Part shown: positions 40,728-54,061 of the stretch, piece by piece
Position numbering within the stretch: the stretch's first letter is position 1
How the letters are laid out: every line of letters begins with the position of its first letter
Origin: Octopus sinensis
Lineage: Eukaryota
Length of the DNA: 64,000 nt
Assembly (NCBI RefSeq): GCF_006345805.1
Contig: NC_043005.1
Coordinates: 38,068,001 to 38,132,000 of the forward strand
Direction: 5' to 3'
Position numbers and translations under genes: made by a program
Notes under the pieces: generated by a model
Told to the model about the DNA's origin: nothing
Database searches by the model: none
What the model saw: the letters and a program-made list of their open reading frames with translations, nothing else

Positions 40728-41685
40728 AAATTAGGTGTTCACTAACCAATGAAGAAGAAAAGGATAAAGTGATTGGCATTAGGCAGTGCAAACAGCCATA
40801 GAAACCATGCCAAAGCTGACACTGGAGCCTAACACAGTCTTCCTACTGGTTGGTTCTTGTTGAAGCATCCTACCCATGCCAGCATAAAAGACAGATGTTA
40901 AACGATAATGATGATGATGATGATAAAGAAGATAAATAATGAGTTGAAATAAATTACAAGAAATAACATGGAGAGATAATTAGAAATTCACGTGATCATA
41001 TTGATTATCCTTCTCGTTTTCATTGTCTTCAGAGTTTCATTTCCTTCCTTCTATCTGTCCATTCAAGACCGCAATCAATAGAACTAGTTCTTATACTAAA
41101 CCGTGGTCATCATACCTGAGATTGATTCTGCAGAGATCGATAGGATCAGAGGATGAGAATGTTTTAGCTTTACCATCTTCTTACATTATTGTACTTTAGG
41201 TTTGTAACATCCCCACCACCATAGTCATCACTCCACACACTTGCTAATTTTGCTTTCGTGCAATTCATTCTGACAACAGCTTTGTTGCAATTAGTGTGTT
41301 AGTGTTATGATTCACAACACGTATACCTAAATTTTGTGCCATCGCCGACATTGGCTGTGGATTTATTGGTCCTGATGGCGTTACTGATCCTTTTGGATTG
41401 CACAAGGCAGATACATTCAGAGAATAATCACTTGGGGAAGATACATGCCAAATTAATAAATTTAATGTCATTCAATCTCTTTGATCAGTGCTATTCACAC
41501 ACACACACACACACACACGTTATATTATAGTACATTCTCCTACTCTATATAGAGATATTAACTCATTCTTCATTCATTTATATATGTTTATACCTACAGA
41601 TTTATATTTAACAATGGCTATAGGCACAAGCATAGCCATGTGGTTGAGGGTTTGTTAACAGAAACTAAAAGAAGCCTACCATTCA

Positions 41686-41719
<34 letters not shown>

Positions 41720-42756
41720 TGTGAATGTATGTATGAGTGACAAGACGTAGAAATACTCAGGTTGGTGTCTAAGGGTACAGTAAGCCCCTGATCTTTGTTA
41801 AAATAACTTTCTAAGAGAAAGTTAACTTGCATAGAAAACCTGCTGCTATTCTGAGCTGGATATCTTGCACTGTTCTTGTCTCTGAGATTTTTGTTATAGC
41901 TAGTGAGAGTCGTTATGGCGTTGTGCAAGTCATACTAGACCTAAGAGCTTGCACAGGTGTAGGCAACACTCACCAGTCAGCAATGTCATCATGTATGTAT
42001 AAGCCTGTATGTGTGTGTCTTCTTGTCTTATGATTGTGTGACAGTAAGCATCACTCATATGATTGGCGTCATTCCTTTCCAGTCTTTCATAAAAATGTGT
42101 TTGGCCAAGGGGAAACATCTTTAAGCTTACATCATAATCTTACATCATTATCCTCATTGTTTTAATACCAGATGGAATTTAATGAGGCACATTTTCTACA
42201 GCAGGCTGGCCTTCCTGTTCCCAGTCATCACTTGTTTCCAAACAATATAACAATTGAACATTTTCACTGAAGATTGGAAACAGATGACACTGCTTGTATA
42301 ATGGTGACACTCATTTACAAATACCATATGGTGTCTTGACAGAGGCACAAACACACACACACATACAACATGAGGATGGAGGATAACAGGCTTTAATTGC
42401 AGATCACAACATTTGTTTCTGCACCACACACTAGCTTTAAATTGTTGAGTTTATATTCAACAATCTTTATGAATGAACATTCTTTATAATGCTGTATTAT
42501 AGAGTTATATTATCCTTGTAATAGTCTAATGTAAAAATGAGTTTCACATGTGTATCTAGCCCTGGAATATTCTCCAACATACGATATGTGGTAGCCAAGT
42601 AACAACATAAGAGCTCTTATATGCATGTTATAAGGTTCTCACTCATGTGCTTGTATATGTATATATGTATGGCAGGCCTCTTTCAATTTATATCTACTAA
42701 ATCCTTTTGCAGAGCTTTCATGATCATGAGGCTATAGAAGAAGACCCTTGCCCAAG

Positions 42757-43059
42757 GTAGTTTGTTCCTTCTCGAGCCATGCCTGGCTCATAAGGGCCAG
42801 TTTCCTGGTTTCCTTGGGGTATAGATTCCCCACCTGGATGGGACACCGGTCCGTTGCTGGTGAGCTGCAAGATGCAGGAGGAAAGAGTGAGAGAAAGTTG
42901 TGGTGAAAGAGTCAGCAGAAGTTTGCCATTACCTTCTGCCGGAGCTGCGTGGTGCTTCGGTGTTTCGCTCATAAACACACACATCGCCCGGTCTGAGATT
43001 CGAACCCGTGATCCCTCGTCCACGAGTCCGCTGCTCTAACCACTAGGCCATGTGCCTCC
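42757..43059 (-). mobile_element. tRNA-derived SINE of a third family inserted in an older CORE SINE, 13-bp TSD
   Basis: Minus head gtggaggcacatggcctagtggttagagcagcggactcg..ggttcgaatc; TSD acccttgcccaag at 42744-56 and 43060-72. Confidence 0.88.
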
Positions 43060-43379
43060 ACCCTTGCCCAAGTTACCACAGTGGGACTGAACTTGAAATT
43101 GCAGTGTTATGCAGCAAACATCATAACAATGCAACTATACCTGCACCTCTATTGATTTCTGATATTTGCAGAATAACCACTGTTCTGTTGTTCTGTTCAG
43201 AAGACATAGAATAGATCAAATCTATCCAAGTCTATTACTAGTATTCAGTTTTCCCAGCTTCAAGGAGATGTAGGATATAGTTGATCTCAACGAAATTTGA
43301 ACTCAGAATGTTAGGTGAAAAACTAATTGCTACAAGACATTTAGTTCAGCATTTCTGCCTACACTACCAACTTCTCTTC

Positions 43380-43514
43380 TACAACAACAACAGCAATAAT
43401 AATAATAATAATAATGCATATAATCAAAAGCGTTTCAAACAAATTACACACTATATAACCTACGGCCCTCAGGAGATTAAATTGGTGAGATATATAGTGA
43501 AATGCTGCATTGAA

Positions 43515-43555
<41 letters not shown>

Positions 43556-43963
43556 TAATCCACAAGCCAGACAGAAATGTACAAAAATAGATGAAATTCA
43601 TATGGAACATACAAACATACATGCAATTATTTCAAGTTCGAATTGTTAGGGAAAAAATATACATAACATAATAGCCACAACAGCTATGACAATAATATTA
43701 ATATTAATAATAATAATAATAATAATAACGATATGATGATGATAATAATAACAATAATGATAATAATATGTAAAATATTAAATGTCAAATATAAAAAATG
43801 TTTATTTCTCATATATATTTATATATATATATTTTATTCTTTTTTGTCAGTATTTTTCTCCTTTCATGTATAAATTTAGATATACCACAAAAATAGAAAT
43901 ATAAAATGTATATCTATTTCCTATGATGTTTTGTCGATTTGATTTGTAATAAGTTATATCATA

Positions 43964-44027
<64 letters not shown>

Positions 44028-44030
44028 TGC

Positions 44031-44069
<39 letters not shown>

Positions 44070-44130
44070 TGCATGTATATATACACACACGTACATATAT
44101 ATTATTATCATTGTGTGTGTATATGTATAT
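43380..44130. repeat. (AAT)n and (TA)n microsatellite tracts
   Basis: Direct reading. Confidence 0.85.
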
Positions 44131-45133
44131 AAGCATGCATATATAATCACTTGTAGATAACATTCTCTCTCAATTTCTTTCTCATTTTACTGTATTTTCC
44201 ATATATTTTCTGTATTTTCTGGTACATTTGTTTTGTTTCTTTTATCCAAAAGAGTCCTTCAAATTATTTATGTATTTGTTTAGCTGTTTAATTAAATTTC
44301 TCTTTGTTATATATAGACACAATATATCTGTGTGTGAGTTAGTTTCTATGAATATTTATCTCTACATATATGTACGACTATATATATGTAATATATATAA
44401 TAAATAGTGTTGAATATTGGAGTACTGAACTTAATAAATACAACCAATCCATTTGTGCATACATAAGTAGATTTCTGCCAAATTTTTAGTATAGTTAAGT
44501 GAGTGTCTGCTTGCATTTATGTGTTTGTATGTGTCAGTTAGTACATGCATTTGTGTGTCTTTTATATGGAGTAACTTCAATGATTTCTAAGGGTAACTCT
44601 AGTTTCATGTTCAAGTTAAGCTGTTTGGTTTGTTTTGGGGTAAATTTGGGGTCTCATTGACTCATTTAAGCATTGGACAAGATGTTAATTTTCAAATGTG
44701 TTGAGTGCTTTCAATTGCTGAATTTAGCAGTAAACAAACTATACATATGTTAGAATGCTTATCCACCACAGTTGTGGCCTGGGTTCATTTCATGGCTCTT
44801 CCTTTCCCTTTCCCTCTCTCTCTCTTCCTCTCCCTCTCTCTCTTCCTCCCCCCTCTTTCTCTCTCAAGCTGAGATTTTCAAATAATCACCGAGAATTCTC
44901 AGTTTTGAATCAATTTATAAGCTATAATCCGTGATTGAGTCCTTTTTCCTCTCATTTGTTAATGAAAACAGACACACAAAGGTGATGTGTATATAAATAT
45001 AGGAGAGTATTGTAGTTCACTTGAAGCATTGTGTACTGCTTGTAAAGAATAAACAGTTTTGAATGGTACAACAATGCACTATAATACAAACTATGGGCTA
45101 TATACCTGTTGTAATTTAGTCATCCTTAGTCTG

Positions 45134-45170
45134 ATATGATATTTCAGAATAAAATTCCTTCTTCAGATAT
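45134..45170 (-). ncRNA. Minimal hammerhead motif in the left arm of the 45.0-45.6 kb fold-back
   Basis: Minus strand ATAT-CTGAAGA-A-GGAAT TTT ATTCT-GAAA-TA-TC-ATAT. Palindromic ATAT stem III and AUC site. Confidence 0.6.
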
Positions 45171-45231
45171 TCTTAGATGAAGTCACTGCTATAATCAGTC
45201 TTCCAACGGTTAGCAGCGACTCCATCTAAGA

Positions 45232-45267
45232 ATATCTGAAGAAGGAATTTTATTCCGAAAAATTATC
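45232..45267 (+). ncRNA. Hammerhead-like motif in the right arm of the fold-back, 3' side degenerate
   Basis: CTGAAGA(45236-42)-A-GGAAT TTT ATTCC-GAAA(45257-60), followed by AATTATC; stem III and stem I are disrupted. Confidence 0.45.
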
Positions 45268-45308
45268 AGACTGTGGATGACTAAATTACAACAGGTGTAT
45301 AGCCCATT

Positions 45309-45542
45309 AAAGGCGGCGAGCTGGCAGAAACGTTAGCACGCTGGGCGAAATGCTTAGCGGTATTTCGTCTGCGTTACATTGTGAGTTCAAATTCCACCGA
45401 GGTCGACTTTGCCTTTCATCCTTTTGGGGTCGATAAATTAAGTACCAGTTACGCACTGGGGTCGATGTAATCGACTTAATACCTATGTCTGTCCTTGTTT
45501 ATCCCCTCTGTGTTTAGCCCCTTGTGGGTAATAAAGAAATAA
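45309..45542 (+). mobile_element. Young tRNA-derived SINE (Meta-domain-like body) with 14-bp TSD
   Basis: ggcggcgagctggcagaaacgttagc head, gagttcaaattcc B box, and gcctttcatcc..ggggtcgataaattaagtaccag body. TSD gtgtatagcccatt (45295-308) / gtatatagcccatt (45543-56). Confidence 0.85.
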
Positions 45543-48270
45543 GTATATAGCCCATTGTTTGTATTATAGTGCATTGTTGTACCATTCAAAACTTTTTATT
45601 CTTTATAGATATAATTTCCCTAGTTGTTAATTTCACTTTCAGAGTATAAAACATATGCAATATGTGTGTGTGTGTGTGTGTGTATGTGTATATGTGTTTC
45701 ATCATCATTTGACATCTGTCTTTCATGTTGGAATAGGTTGGATGGGTCATTCCAGCAACCCACTACTTATCTTATTTCTAGATATGTAATGTAAAAGGTG
45801 CCAAACTGGATACAGACTAACAATCACCTGGGGAAAAACCCATCTATATCTACATATTCAAGAATAAGATATCTGATAGTAATGGAGATCAGAATATAGT
45901 GTACATATTAATATTGTAAATATACTTTCTAAACAAAGTAGATAATCTAAGAAGATATGATAATCTTTATAACAACAATTTAACTCAGACATTCAGATAT
46001 CTTAGGATTTATAGACTTACTTCAATCCTTTTGCAATTCTTTATATTACCTTTGTACACTTGTAAAGCAATTGTTTTGGTTTTCAATTTATTTTATCTTC
46101 CATACATTTCTGTGATGATTCAGTGTGTATATTTAGTGTTTGTACATTAAATGCATGTCTTGAAAGCTTGTTTACCAAATTTGACACAGACTTATGTTCA
46201 GTGTCAATGAAATTTTTATCCAGCGTTCATCATCAAAGTGAGTTGTGTGTTAGTATAATGTATAGACGTAAGGTGGTGAACTGGCAATATCGTTAGCATG
46301 TTGGAGAAAATGCTTAGTGGTATTTCATTCATTTTTATGTTCTGAGTTTAATTCCACCAAGGTTTACTTTGCCTTTCATTCTCTTGGCATCAATAAAATA
46401 AGTGTAATCAACTTATCCCCTCCCCTGAACTTACTAGCCTTGTGCCACAATTTGAAACCAAGAGATTGGGGATCTGAAGTTAGAGTATAAAGCATAAAAA
46501 CCCCCAGTGGTCAGTATTGACCCCTGAGGGTTTTATGTGGCTCTGTGAAGATTTAATAAATACTTGAAATTATTTTGAAACACATTCTCTATTAAATATT
46601 CAAAGATATATCAATATGATATGACTGAAACTTTATGGTTCCCTTCCAATTTCATTATGTGGCTCAAAATATTTATTTTTAAAAAGTAATTATGAAATGA
46701 AAGAAGGTTTTTAAGTCAAGAAATGTTTTATTAATTACGCCTCTAAATTTTATTTTAGAACTTCACATGTTTGGGTGGCAATAAGTTATTAAGGATTTCG
46801 TGAAGAGACCAATGATATAAGAAGCTTGCCAAACCCTGGTATAAAGTATAAATTGTAGATGAATTACTATAAAGGGAAATATTCTTCACTTGTAAAGCAT
46901 GTAAATATTGTCAGGTTTTGAGTGATAAAAGGTCTCAATAAAGAATGTTGGTATTTATTTTATATATTTATGTTTGTATTTCTTTAATTGTTTAGTTCTA
47001 TGTGAGTGGTTAATAAAGGTTACCTTCATTAGTCATGCTGACTTATAAGCCTGGTTTCCAAGTGGACTGGAGCAATGTGAAATGAAGCGTTTTCACTCAA
47101 GAACAGAACGTCCAGTCCAGGAATCAAAGCCTCAATCTTACAGTCATGAGTCCGACACCCTAACCACTGAGCCATGTGCCTCCTGTGAGGGTAATAGTCC
47201 TGGCTCTTTTGTAAGACCTCTCAGAACAAGTGAGATTGATGCATTTGTGGTTGACTTATTGCACTCCACTCCATCCCTACATCACCACCACCACCACACC
47301 AAAGGAAATGGAGGGAATTTCAGAAGAAAATTCTATCTGATGGAAGGAGGATAGGATTTATAGAAGTGTTAAATGCACAGAGTAGAAATTATACAAGGTG
47401 AAACTGGATTTTTTAACAATTTGTATTATACTATTAGCTCTGGACTGGTAGACATTTTGAAATTCACTATATTGGTTCTCCTTTCATCCCTTGCATTACA
47501 TTTTAACATGCCATCCTCTAAAAAAAGAGAAAGAAAGAAAGAGAGAAAGAAAGAAAACAAGTTTGCAATATTCAGTTGTTTTTTACTCATGCATTGAAGT
47601 TTTCATAGCCATTACATTGGTACAAGTTCTCTTCTTGGGTTAGATTCCATGAACAAAGTCCAGGTCACTATTTCTATTTTTGGAATTAAATTTTTAAATT
47701 GTTGGAAGATTTATTTTGTTCGTATTCCTTCTTCTTGTCATGTAATATTTATTGTCTGACACGGATGTTTAAATTCGACTAGACTTACAGGCTTTATATA
47801 TGTATATATTATTATATGTTAGTGTGGTCAGTCAAACTTCTCTGTTTTCTTTCACACCAGCCAGAGACTTTCGGCCTCAAATCCTCAGCCATCATAAATC
47901 TTTTATTAGGAATTGTTATATGACTCACATAAAAATATTTTTTTCCATGTCATTTAATATTCAACTTTTTATTCTTTGATTACTCATACATATGCACACA
48001 CATACAGACACACATACAAGTGCATGCATGCATGTGCACACACAGACACACACACACATCTAATATCTTTGAATTGTGACCTCAGTCAAAACTAGCCTCT
48101 ACCACATCATATAACCATTTACAATACGAATTATTTTTTTACATTATATATCATCATCTATATATAACGGCCATCTTCTATGCTGGCATGGGTTTCACAG
48201 TTAGGAAGATCTGACAAACCAGAGGACATTAAATGATGATAATGATAACAATGATATATATTGAGAGAGA

Positions 48271-48314
<44 letters not shown>

Positions 48315-49040
48315 AATATATCACTGAGAAAGCAAACTTAAGCTGAAACACTAGTGTATGATAATCTGCTGATGTTATTTGCTGCGTGTTTCTACATACA
48401 TTGTCTCTAGTCAATTTGTTCTCCAAGATATGTTTATGTGCATGCATGCATGTATAATTATATGTGTGTGTGAGTAGCATGTAGAACACTTCCCTGAAGT
48501 GTTTGCTCTCAGCTCTATGCTTGATATATAAAGTTTTATAAGTTTTAGCAGTTCTGTTTGAATCAACTAATCTGCAATACCCATGTTTTTTATTTTCTTG
48601 TTTTGTTTTTCCTCCCCATCTTAAACATTAAGTTACTAAATAATATTTTCTCCACAACAAAATCCTTTGCCTGAATAATGTCAATAGTGACTCTTAATAT
48701 TGTTAAATGTATATAATATATATGTATATTGTATTGTCTATCATTTTTTTCTCTTAATATCTTCCTTGCAGATGTCTTGTGATCATACGTATCTTAAAAC
48801 CTACTCTGAGATTTGGCAATAAAAATCTTTTTCTTTCCCTACCAGAGCTAAATGGTTACTATTTACTAGTCTTTATGTTAAATCAATGTACTATTTTCTC
48901 TTTTTTTTTTTGCTGTATATTTGTTTAGTTTTTACTTCATTTTTCTGTTTCTATTTACAGTTCTTTCATCTAAATATTTAAAGTGTGTTTCATTGTAAGC
49001 ATCAGATACACTCCCTTGCTTTTTTTTTCCATTATTTCAG

Positions 49041-49125
49041 AAACTAACTGCGGTTTACCAGGTCCTTTGAGGAATGGCTATTTAGATGGACATCGTACAA
49101 CTGTAGGAGCTGTATTTTTCTTCAG
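49041..49125 (+). CDS. Internal coding exon, N-terminal half of a Sushi/CCP domain (probable lev-9/Hasp-like multi-CCP protein)
   Basis: Polypyrimidine acceptor ttttttttccattatttcag| and donor |gtaatt. 85 nt, phase 1 to phase 2, reads (E/K)TNCGLPGPLRNGYLDGHRTTVGAVFFF(R), matching the CCP pattern C-x2-PG-x3-NG...F-x-C. The family assignment is from recalled similarity, not a database search. Confidence 0.9.
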
Positions 49126-49479
49126 GTAATTATTCAAAATACAAGAGAAAAAGAGAGAGTGAAGGTGAGAGAGAGAAGGAAGACAGACAAATACTGATAT
49201 GTGTGTGTGTGTGTGTTTTAATATTTCACTCAGGCATTGCAAGACTAATAACTTGATGTAGAACTCAGTACGTGTATGCTTCAGAACAAAACATAAATCA
49301 AGTACAGAGCAGCAATAAGGAAATGAGATGACAAAGGGATAACTGATTATCTTATGAGCTTCATTAGCTTACAGTTGTTTCTGCTGTAAGATGCAGTGAA
49401 CTTGTAGTTGAGTACCTGAGTAACACTTTATAACTTCATCAGAGCCTCTAATTCTATTTTCATTTGCATATTACTGGGC

Positions 49480-49945
49480 TGCAACCATGCTGGGATAATG
49501 CCTTGAAGGATTTTATCCCCGCAAAAAATCAACCCCAGTATTTGTGGTTTCTTTTTTTTTTTTGTAAGTCTGCTACTTATTGTCACTCACATTTACCATA
49601 TCATTAAGTTATAGGGACATAAACAAACCAACACCAGTTGTCAAGTGGTGGGAGGGTGACAAACAAGACACAAAGACACACACATAAACATATATAAATA
49701 TGTATATATATATATATATATACACACACACATACATACACACACACATACAGACACACACACACGTATATATATATATATATACACACACACTAAATGG
49801 GCTTCCAAATAGTTTCCATCTAACAAATGCACTTACGTGACACTGATCAGTCTGAGATTTTAGTAGAAAACAAATGCACAGTGGGACTGAAACCAAACCA
49901 TCTGGCTGCAAAGCAAGCTTCTTATCCACACAGCCAGGCCTGAGC
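49480..49945 (-). mobile_element. CORE-type SINE, diverged
   Basis: Tail, (CA/TA) spacer and head motifs as in the other copies. Confidence 0.75.
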
Positions 49946-50829
49946 CTATGTCTGTCTGTCTGTCACACACACACACATGTAAGGTGATTGGTGTTAGGAA
50001 GTCATTAAAACCCTGCTAATACAGACAGTGCAGTCTTCTGCCTAGCCAGCTCCTGTCAAACTGCCCCAACCCATGCTAGCATGGAAAACAGATGCTAAAT
50101 TACGGCGATGATGACAATAAAGATACACACACACTGACAGACAGAGATAAATAAAGAGACAAAGTTTGAGACAGAGGCATAATATAAATGAACTACGTAG
50201 AAATAAAGTGACTGCAATTCAGGTAAAAGAAAAGAAAGAAAATTTTCATCATGCCTTTAGATTCACTTTCTCTCCTTTGGTCAAATAATTCTTTTGCTTG
50301 TATTTTACTTCAAATGAATTCATGCTGTCTGTCCTTATATAATATGCAAGGACAGTGGCAACATTATGAAGATTTCAATGTTTTATTACTTACATAGAAT
50401 GCAACACAATTTTCATTTACAATATCGTGTTTGGAGTCTTTTGTTTGTTGTTATTGACAGTTTGATTCACAAATTCATTTGAACATTAAAATCCACTCTC
50501 AGAATATTCTATCTGATTCTTCTATTTTATTTGCAGTCTTATTTTATTATTGTAGTCAAAGATTTGTATGTCCCGGCTCTAATGCCAAATAATAATGCAT
50601 TGGCATTATTTTTGATATCCTTAAACTCCTGTCAAAGACAGCTTTAATCTCTTTGCCCTTTTGGGAGCCAGCCATGTACTGTAAGGTTAGGGTGAACAAT
50701 AGAATAATATTTAAAATGATGCCAGAGATGGTTGGCTGAAAAATATTCTGTTTGTGAGAAACACCAGGCCACACTTAGCACAGGAAAATGGACATTAAAA
50801 TGATCATAAAATGATATCATTTATCTTGT

Positions 50830-51043
50830 ATGAATTTCAGTCATTGGACTACAGCCATGCTGGGGCACCAACTTGAAAAATTTTAGTTCAACAAATCAAC
50901 CCCAGTACTTATTTGATATTTAAATTGAGTATTAAATCTATTGGTCTTTTTTGCTGAACCTCTAAGTCACAAGTATATAAGCCAACACCAGTTGTCAAGC
51001 ACTGGAGTGACAATTGGAATCACACAGACATATACTTATTTGT

Positions 51044-51083
<40 letters not shown>

Positions 51084-51235
51084 GGCTTCTTTCATCTTCC
51101 ATCTACCTAATCTATTCACAAGGCTTTGGTTGATCAGGGCTATTAATAGAAGATACTTGCCCAAAGGACCATGCAGTGGGACTGAGTCCAAAACCATGTG
51201 GTTGGGAAGAAAACTTCTTACCCCACAGCCAATAA
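50830..51235 (-). mobile_element. CORE-type SINE, diverged
   Basis: cagtcattggactacagccatgctgg...cttcttaccccacagcc. Confidence 0.75.
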
Positions 51236-51239
51236 TAAC

Positions 51240-51801
51240 AATGTTTCTAGTACGTGGCCAGTACTTCATTTTATATACTTCAATTGTATTTTAAGTGCTT
51301 GATTGGTACATTATTTTAATGACTTCAAAAGGATGGAAGGCCAACTTGAACGTGGCAGAATTTGAACTCCACCATCTTACTAATAATAATTGTTTCTAAT
51401 GTAGGTACAAAGTCAGAGAATTTAAGGTGAGGGGGTTAGTTGATATTGACTGCAGTATTTTATTGGTACTTTATTTTGATCAACCCTGATAGGATATATG
51501 ACAAAATTGATCTCGGCAGGATTTGAACTCAGAATGTGATAATAATCCTTACTAAATTTCGGCATAATGCTAACAAATTTAGGGAAAGGGATAAGTCAAT
51601 TACATGGACCCTAGCACTCAAATGGTACTTATTTTATTGACACTGAGAAGATGACAGGCAAATCTGACCTCAGAATTTCAACTCAAGACAGAAACGAGAC
51701 AGAAGTAATGTTACTAAGCATTATATGTGACATACTAATGGTTCTGCCAGCCTGCCACCTTCGATGATGATGATGATGATGGTAATAATAATAATAATAA
51801 T

Positions 51802-51832
<31 letters not shown>

Positions 51833-52825
51833 GATAACCTTCCTACTAAAGGTACAAGACCTGAAATTTGGGGGTAGGAGAATAGTTGATTACATCGAAT
51901 CACTGATACTTGATTTATTGATACCAAAAGTATGAAAGGCAAAGTTGACCTCAGCGAAATTTGAACTTAGAACATGAAGACAGACAAAATACTGCTAAGC
52001 ATTTTGCCCAGTGTGCTAACAATTCTGCCAGCTTGCCACCTTAATAATGACGATGATGATGATGATGATAATGTCCTGATTCAGTACCAGGCAGTGACTT
52101 TCATGGCTTCTTATCTTGATTGACTGGAAGTGTTAACATGTACATGTTTTGTGTTGCTTTAAAAGATGAGCTATGACCAATTGACCATGTCCTTTAGTGG
52201 CTGACAATATGTGCATCTTTGATCACAAACAGGAGTTGTGTGTGAGAGCATCATAGCCATGTGTTGAGAGGAATTCTTTGAGGTTTGGATACTTCACTCC
52301 TGGAAACATGGATGTTTCTTTCAACAACCTTAAACAACCGTTATTCAGGGACTTTTTGAATGGGACAGGCTACTCAACCTGAAGAAAATTCTAATTGGGT
52401 CCCACTTGCAAGATCTTGCACTATTTATCTTGATATGAGATCACCATGTTACACACATATTGTTGTGATGCATGTGCCTGGTGTACTCTTATCAGACAGG
52501 TAGTCTTCATGGGTATATTGGGCTTCATATATTTGTACCCCAGTGTCATTTTGATGGTACACACTGTTCTTTCATTCAATAGTAATAATAATAATGATGA
52601 TGATGATGATGGGTTCAATTTTTGCACAGTACTTTTGGTGGGAAGGAGACAGTCAATTATGTTGACCCCAGTACCTAACTGATACTATTTTTTCAACCCC
52701 GAAAGGATGAAAGACAAAGTCGACCTTGGCAAAATTTGAACTAAGAAAATAAACAGCTTGAAGAAATGCCACTAAGCATTTTGTCCAACATGCTAATGGT
52801 ACTGGTAGCTCACCACCTTCATTGA
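51240..52825 (-). mobile_element. Cluster of about 5 same-orientation Meta-like SINE copies separated by (AAT)/(GAT) tracts
   Basis: gatgaaaggcaaagttgacct..atttgaac motif recurring near 51330, 51490, 51650, 51930 and 52705. Confidence 0.7.
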
Positions 52826-53896
52826 TATAGATGATGATGATGATGATGATGACAGTGAACATACTGATGGATAACAAAGTTTTATTGATCAAGTCTAGGC
52901 ATAATAGCTATCCTCTATATTCCTTTACAAGATAGTCTGTGAATATTAAATCTATTACTAAGTTTAGTCTAGACAAAAACATCAGAAACAAAATTAAACA
53001 GAAGGCTGCTAATTTATTAGTTCTATAACAATGCTCCTACATACTGTGTTATTCAACATTTATAACATTACAATGTTCTCGGCTTTCTTTTTCATATCAT
53101 TAGCTTTCATGTTTGGCAAAAGTGATTCCGTTGTTTGTGTTGTTATTCTAAATTCTTCTACTCATGAATATTACAGAAAATATTTTGACTGAATATTAAT
53201 ATAGACAGGAGATGTTAATTAGACAAACCTGAGTTTAGAATGTTAACATGTTATTCATGAACTCTAGGCCTTCACTAAATATATAATCAATGTATATATA
53301 TATATACAGATAGATAGATAGATTGATAGATAGATATACATATATGCACACACACACACACACATATATATATATACACACATATATATATATAAAGACA
53401 TGTACATACGCAAATATATGCTCACATGCATATACATACATATATATATACACACACACCCATGCACACACACACACACACACACACATATCAGGCACAT
53501 GCCATGAGTAATTACTCAAGGTAGGCAGTTGGTAATGTTTACGTAGTAAAATGCAAAAAAATAAGCAAAACACAGGTGTGCAACTGAGTTTGAGGCAGAT
53601 TTACTTCTGCCTTTATAGTATGTTAAGAAAAAAGTGGTTGTAGGAGTGTATACAGCATGTGTACTACAGCAGTACTATGTGTAGCTTTAATACTAAAATT
53701 GAAAGGCAGGGGCAAATTATGCCTACCTAATCTACAAAAAAAAATATATATTTTGCATTTTATTCATAATAATCGGAGTAACCTACATAATTTTATTGAA
53801 CTAGGTGCATATTTTGCCATAAAAGCAAAATGTTACAATCGACCTATTTCATTCAGGGTAGGCACTGCCTACCTTGCCTACCCAGGCAGCACGTCA

Positions 53897-53952
<56 letters not shown>

Positions 53953-54061
53953 GAAATGAGGTATTTAGAAATCTGGATGGTTTTATATTTACAGATATTT
54001 ATTAGTATGTTACATGTTTTTATAAATCATATATCATACAATAGCGCTTCTGTCCACTCTG

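Larger units (their letters stand above)
45043..45605. mobile_element. Fold-back element with hammerhead-bearing arms, interrupted by a SINE
   Basis: Left arm 45043-45191; 19-nt spacer; right arm 45211-45308 plus 45557-45605; TA at both outer ends. Confidence 0.75.

Noticed and set aside
41030-41196. Stop-free stretch of about 54 codons after a tcttcag acceptor-like site
   Set aside because: Ends in a stop and shows no recognisable domain; consistent with chance.
41336-41530. Hydrophobic, signal-peptide-like ORF (LAVDLLVLMALLILLDC)
   Set aside because: No ATG start and no nearby splice donor; cannot be linked to the Sushi exons.
42990-43059. tRNA-like A/B boxes at SINE heads
   Set aside because: They are followed by SINE bodies and give no full cloverleaf; not tRNA genes.
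46175-46228. Possible 48-nt phase 1-1 micro-exon ending in GTGAGT
   Set aside because: The peptide (LCSVSMKFLSSVHHQ) fits no CCP pattern and the acceptor is weak.
47855-47892. Minus-strand CTGAGGA...GAAAGTC
   Set aside because: Stems I and II do not pair.
48760-48860. Strong acceptor-like site (cttccttgcag) 270 bp upstream of the first exon
   Set aside because: Downstream frames lack CCP features and a convincing donor; possibly cryptic.
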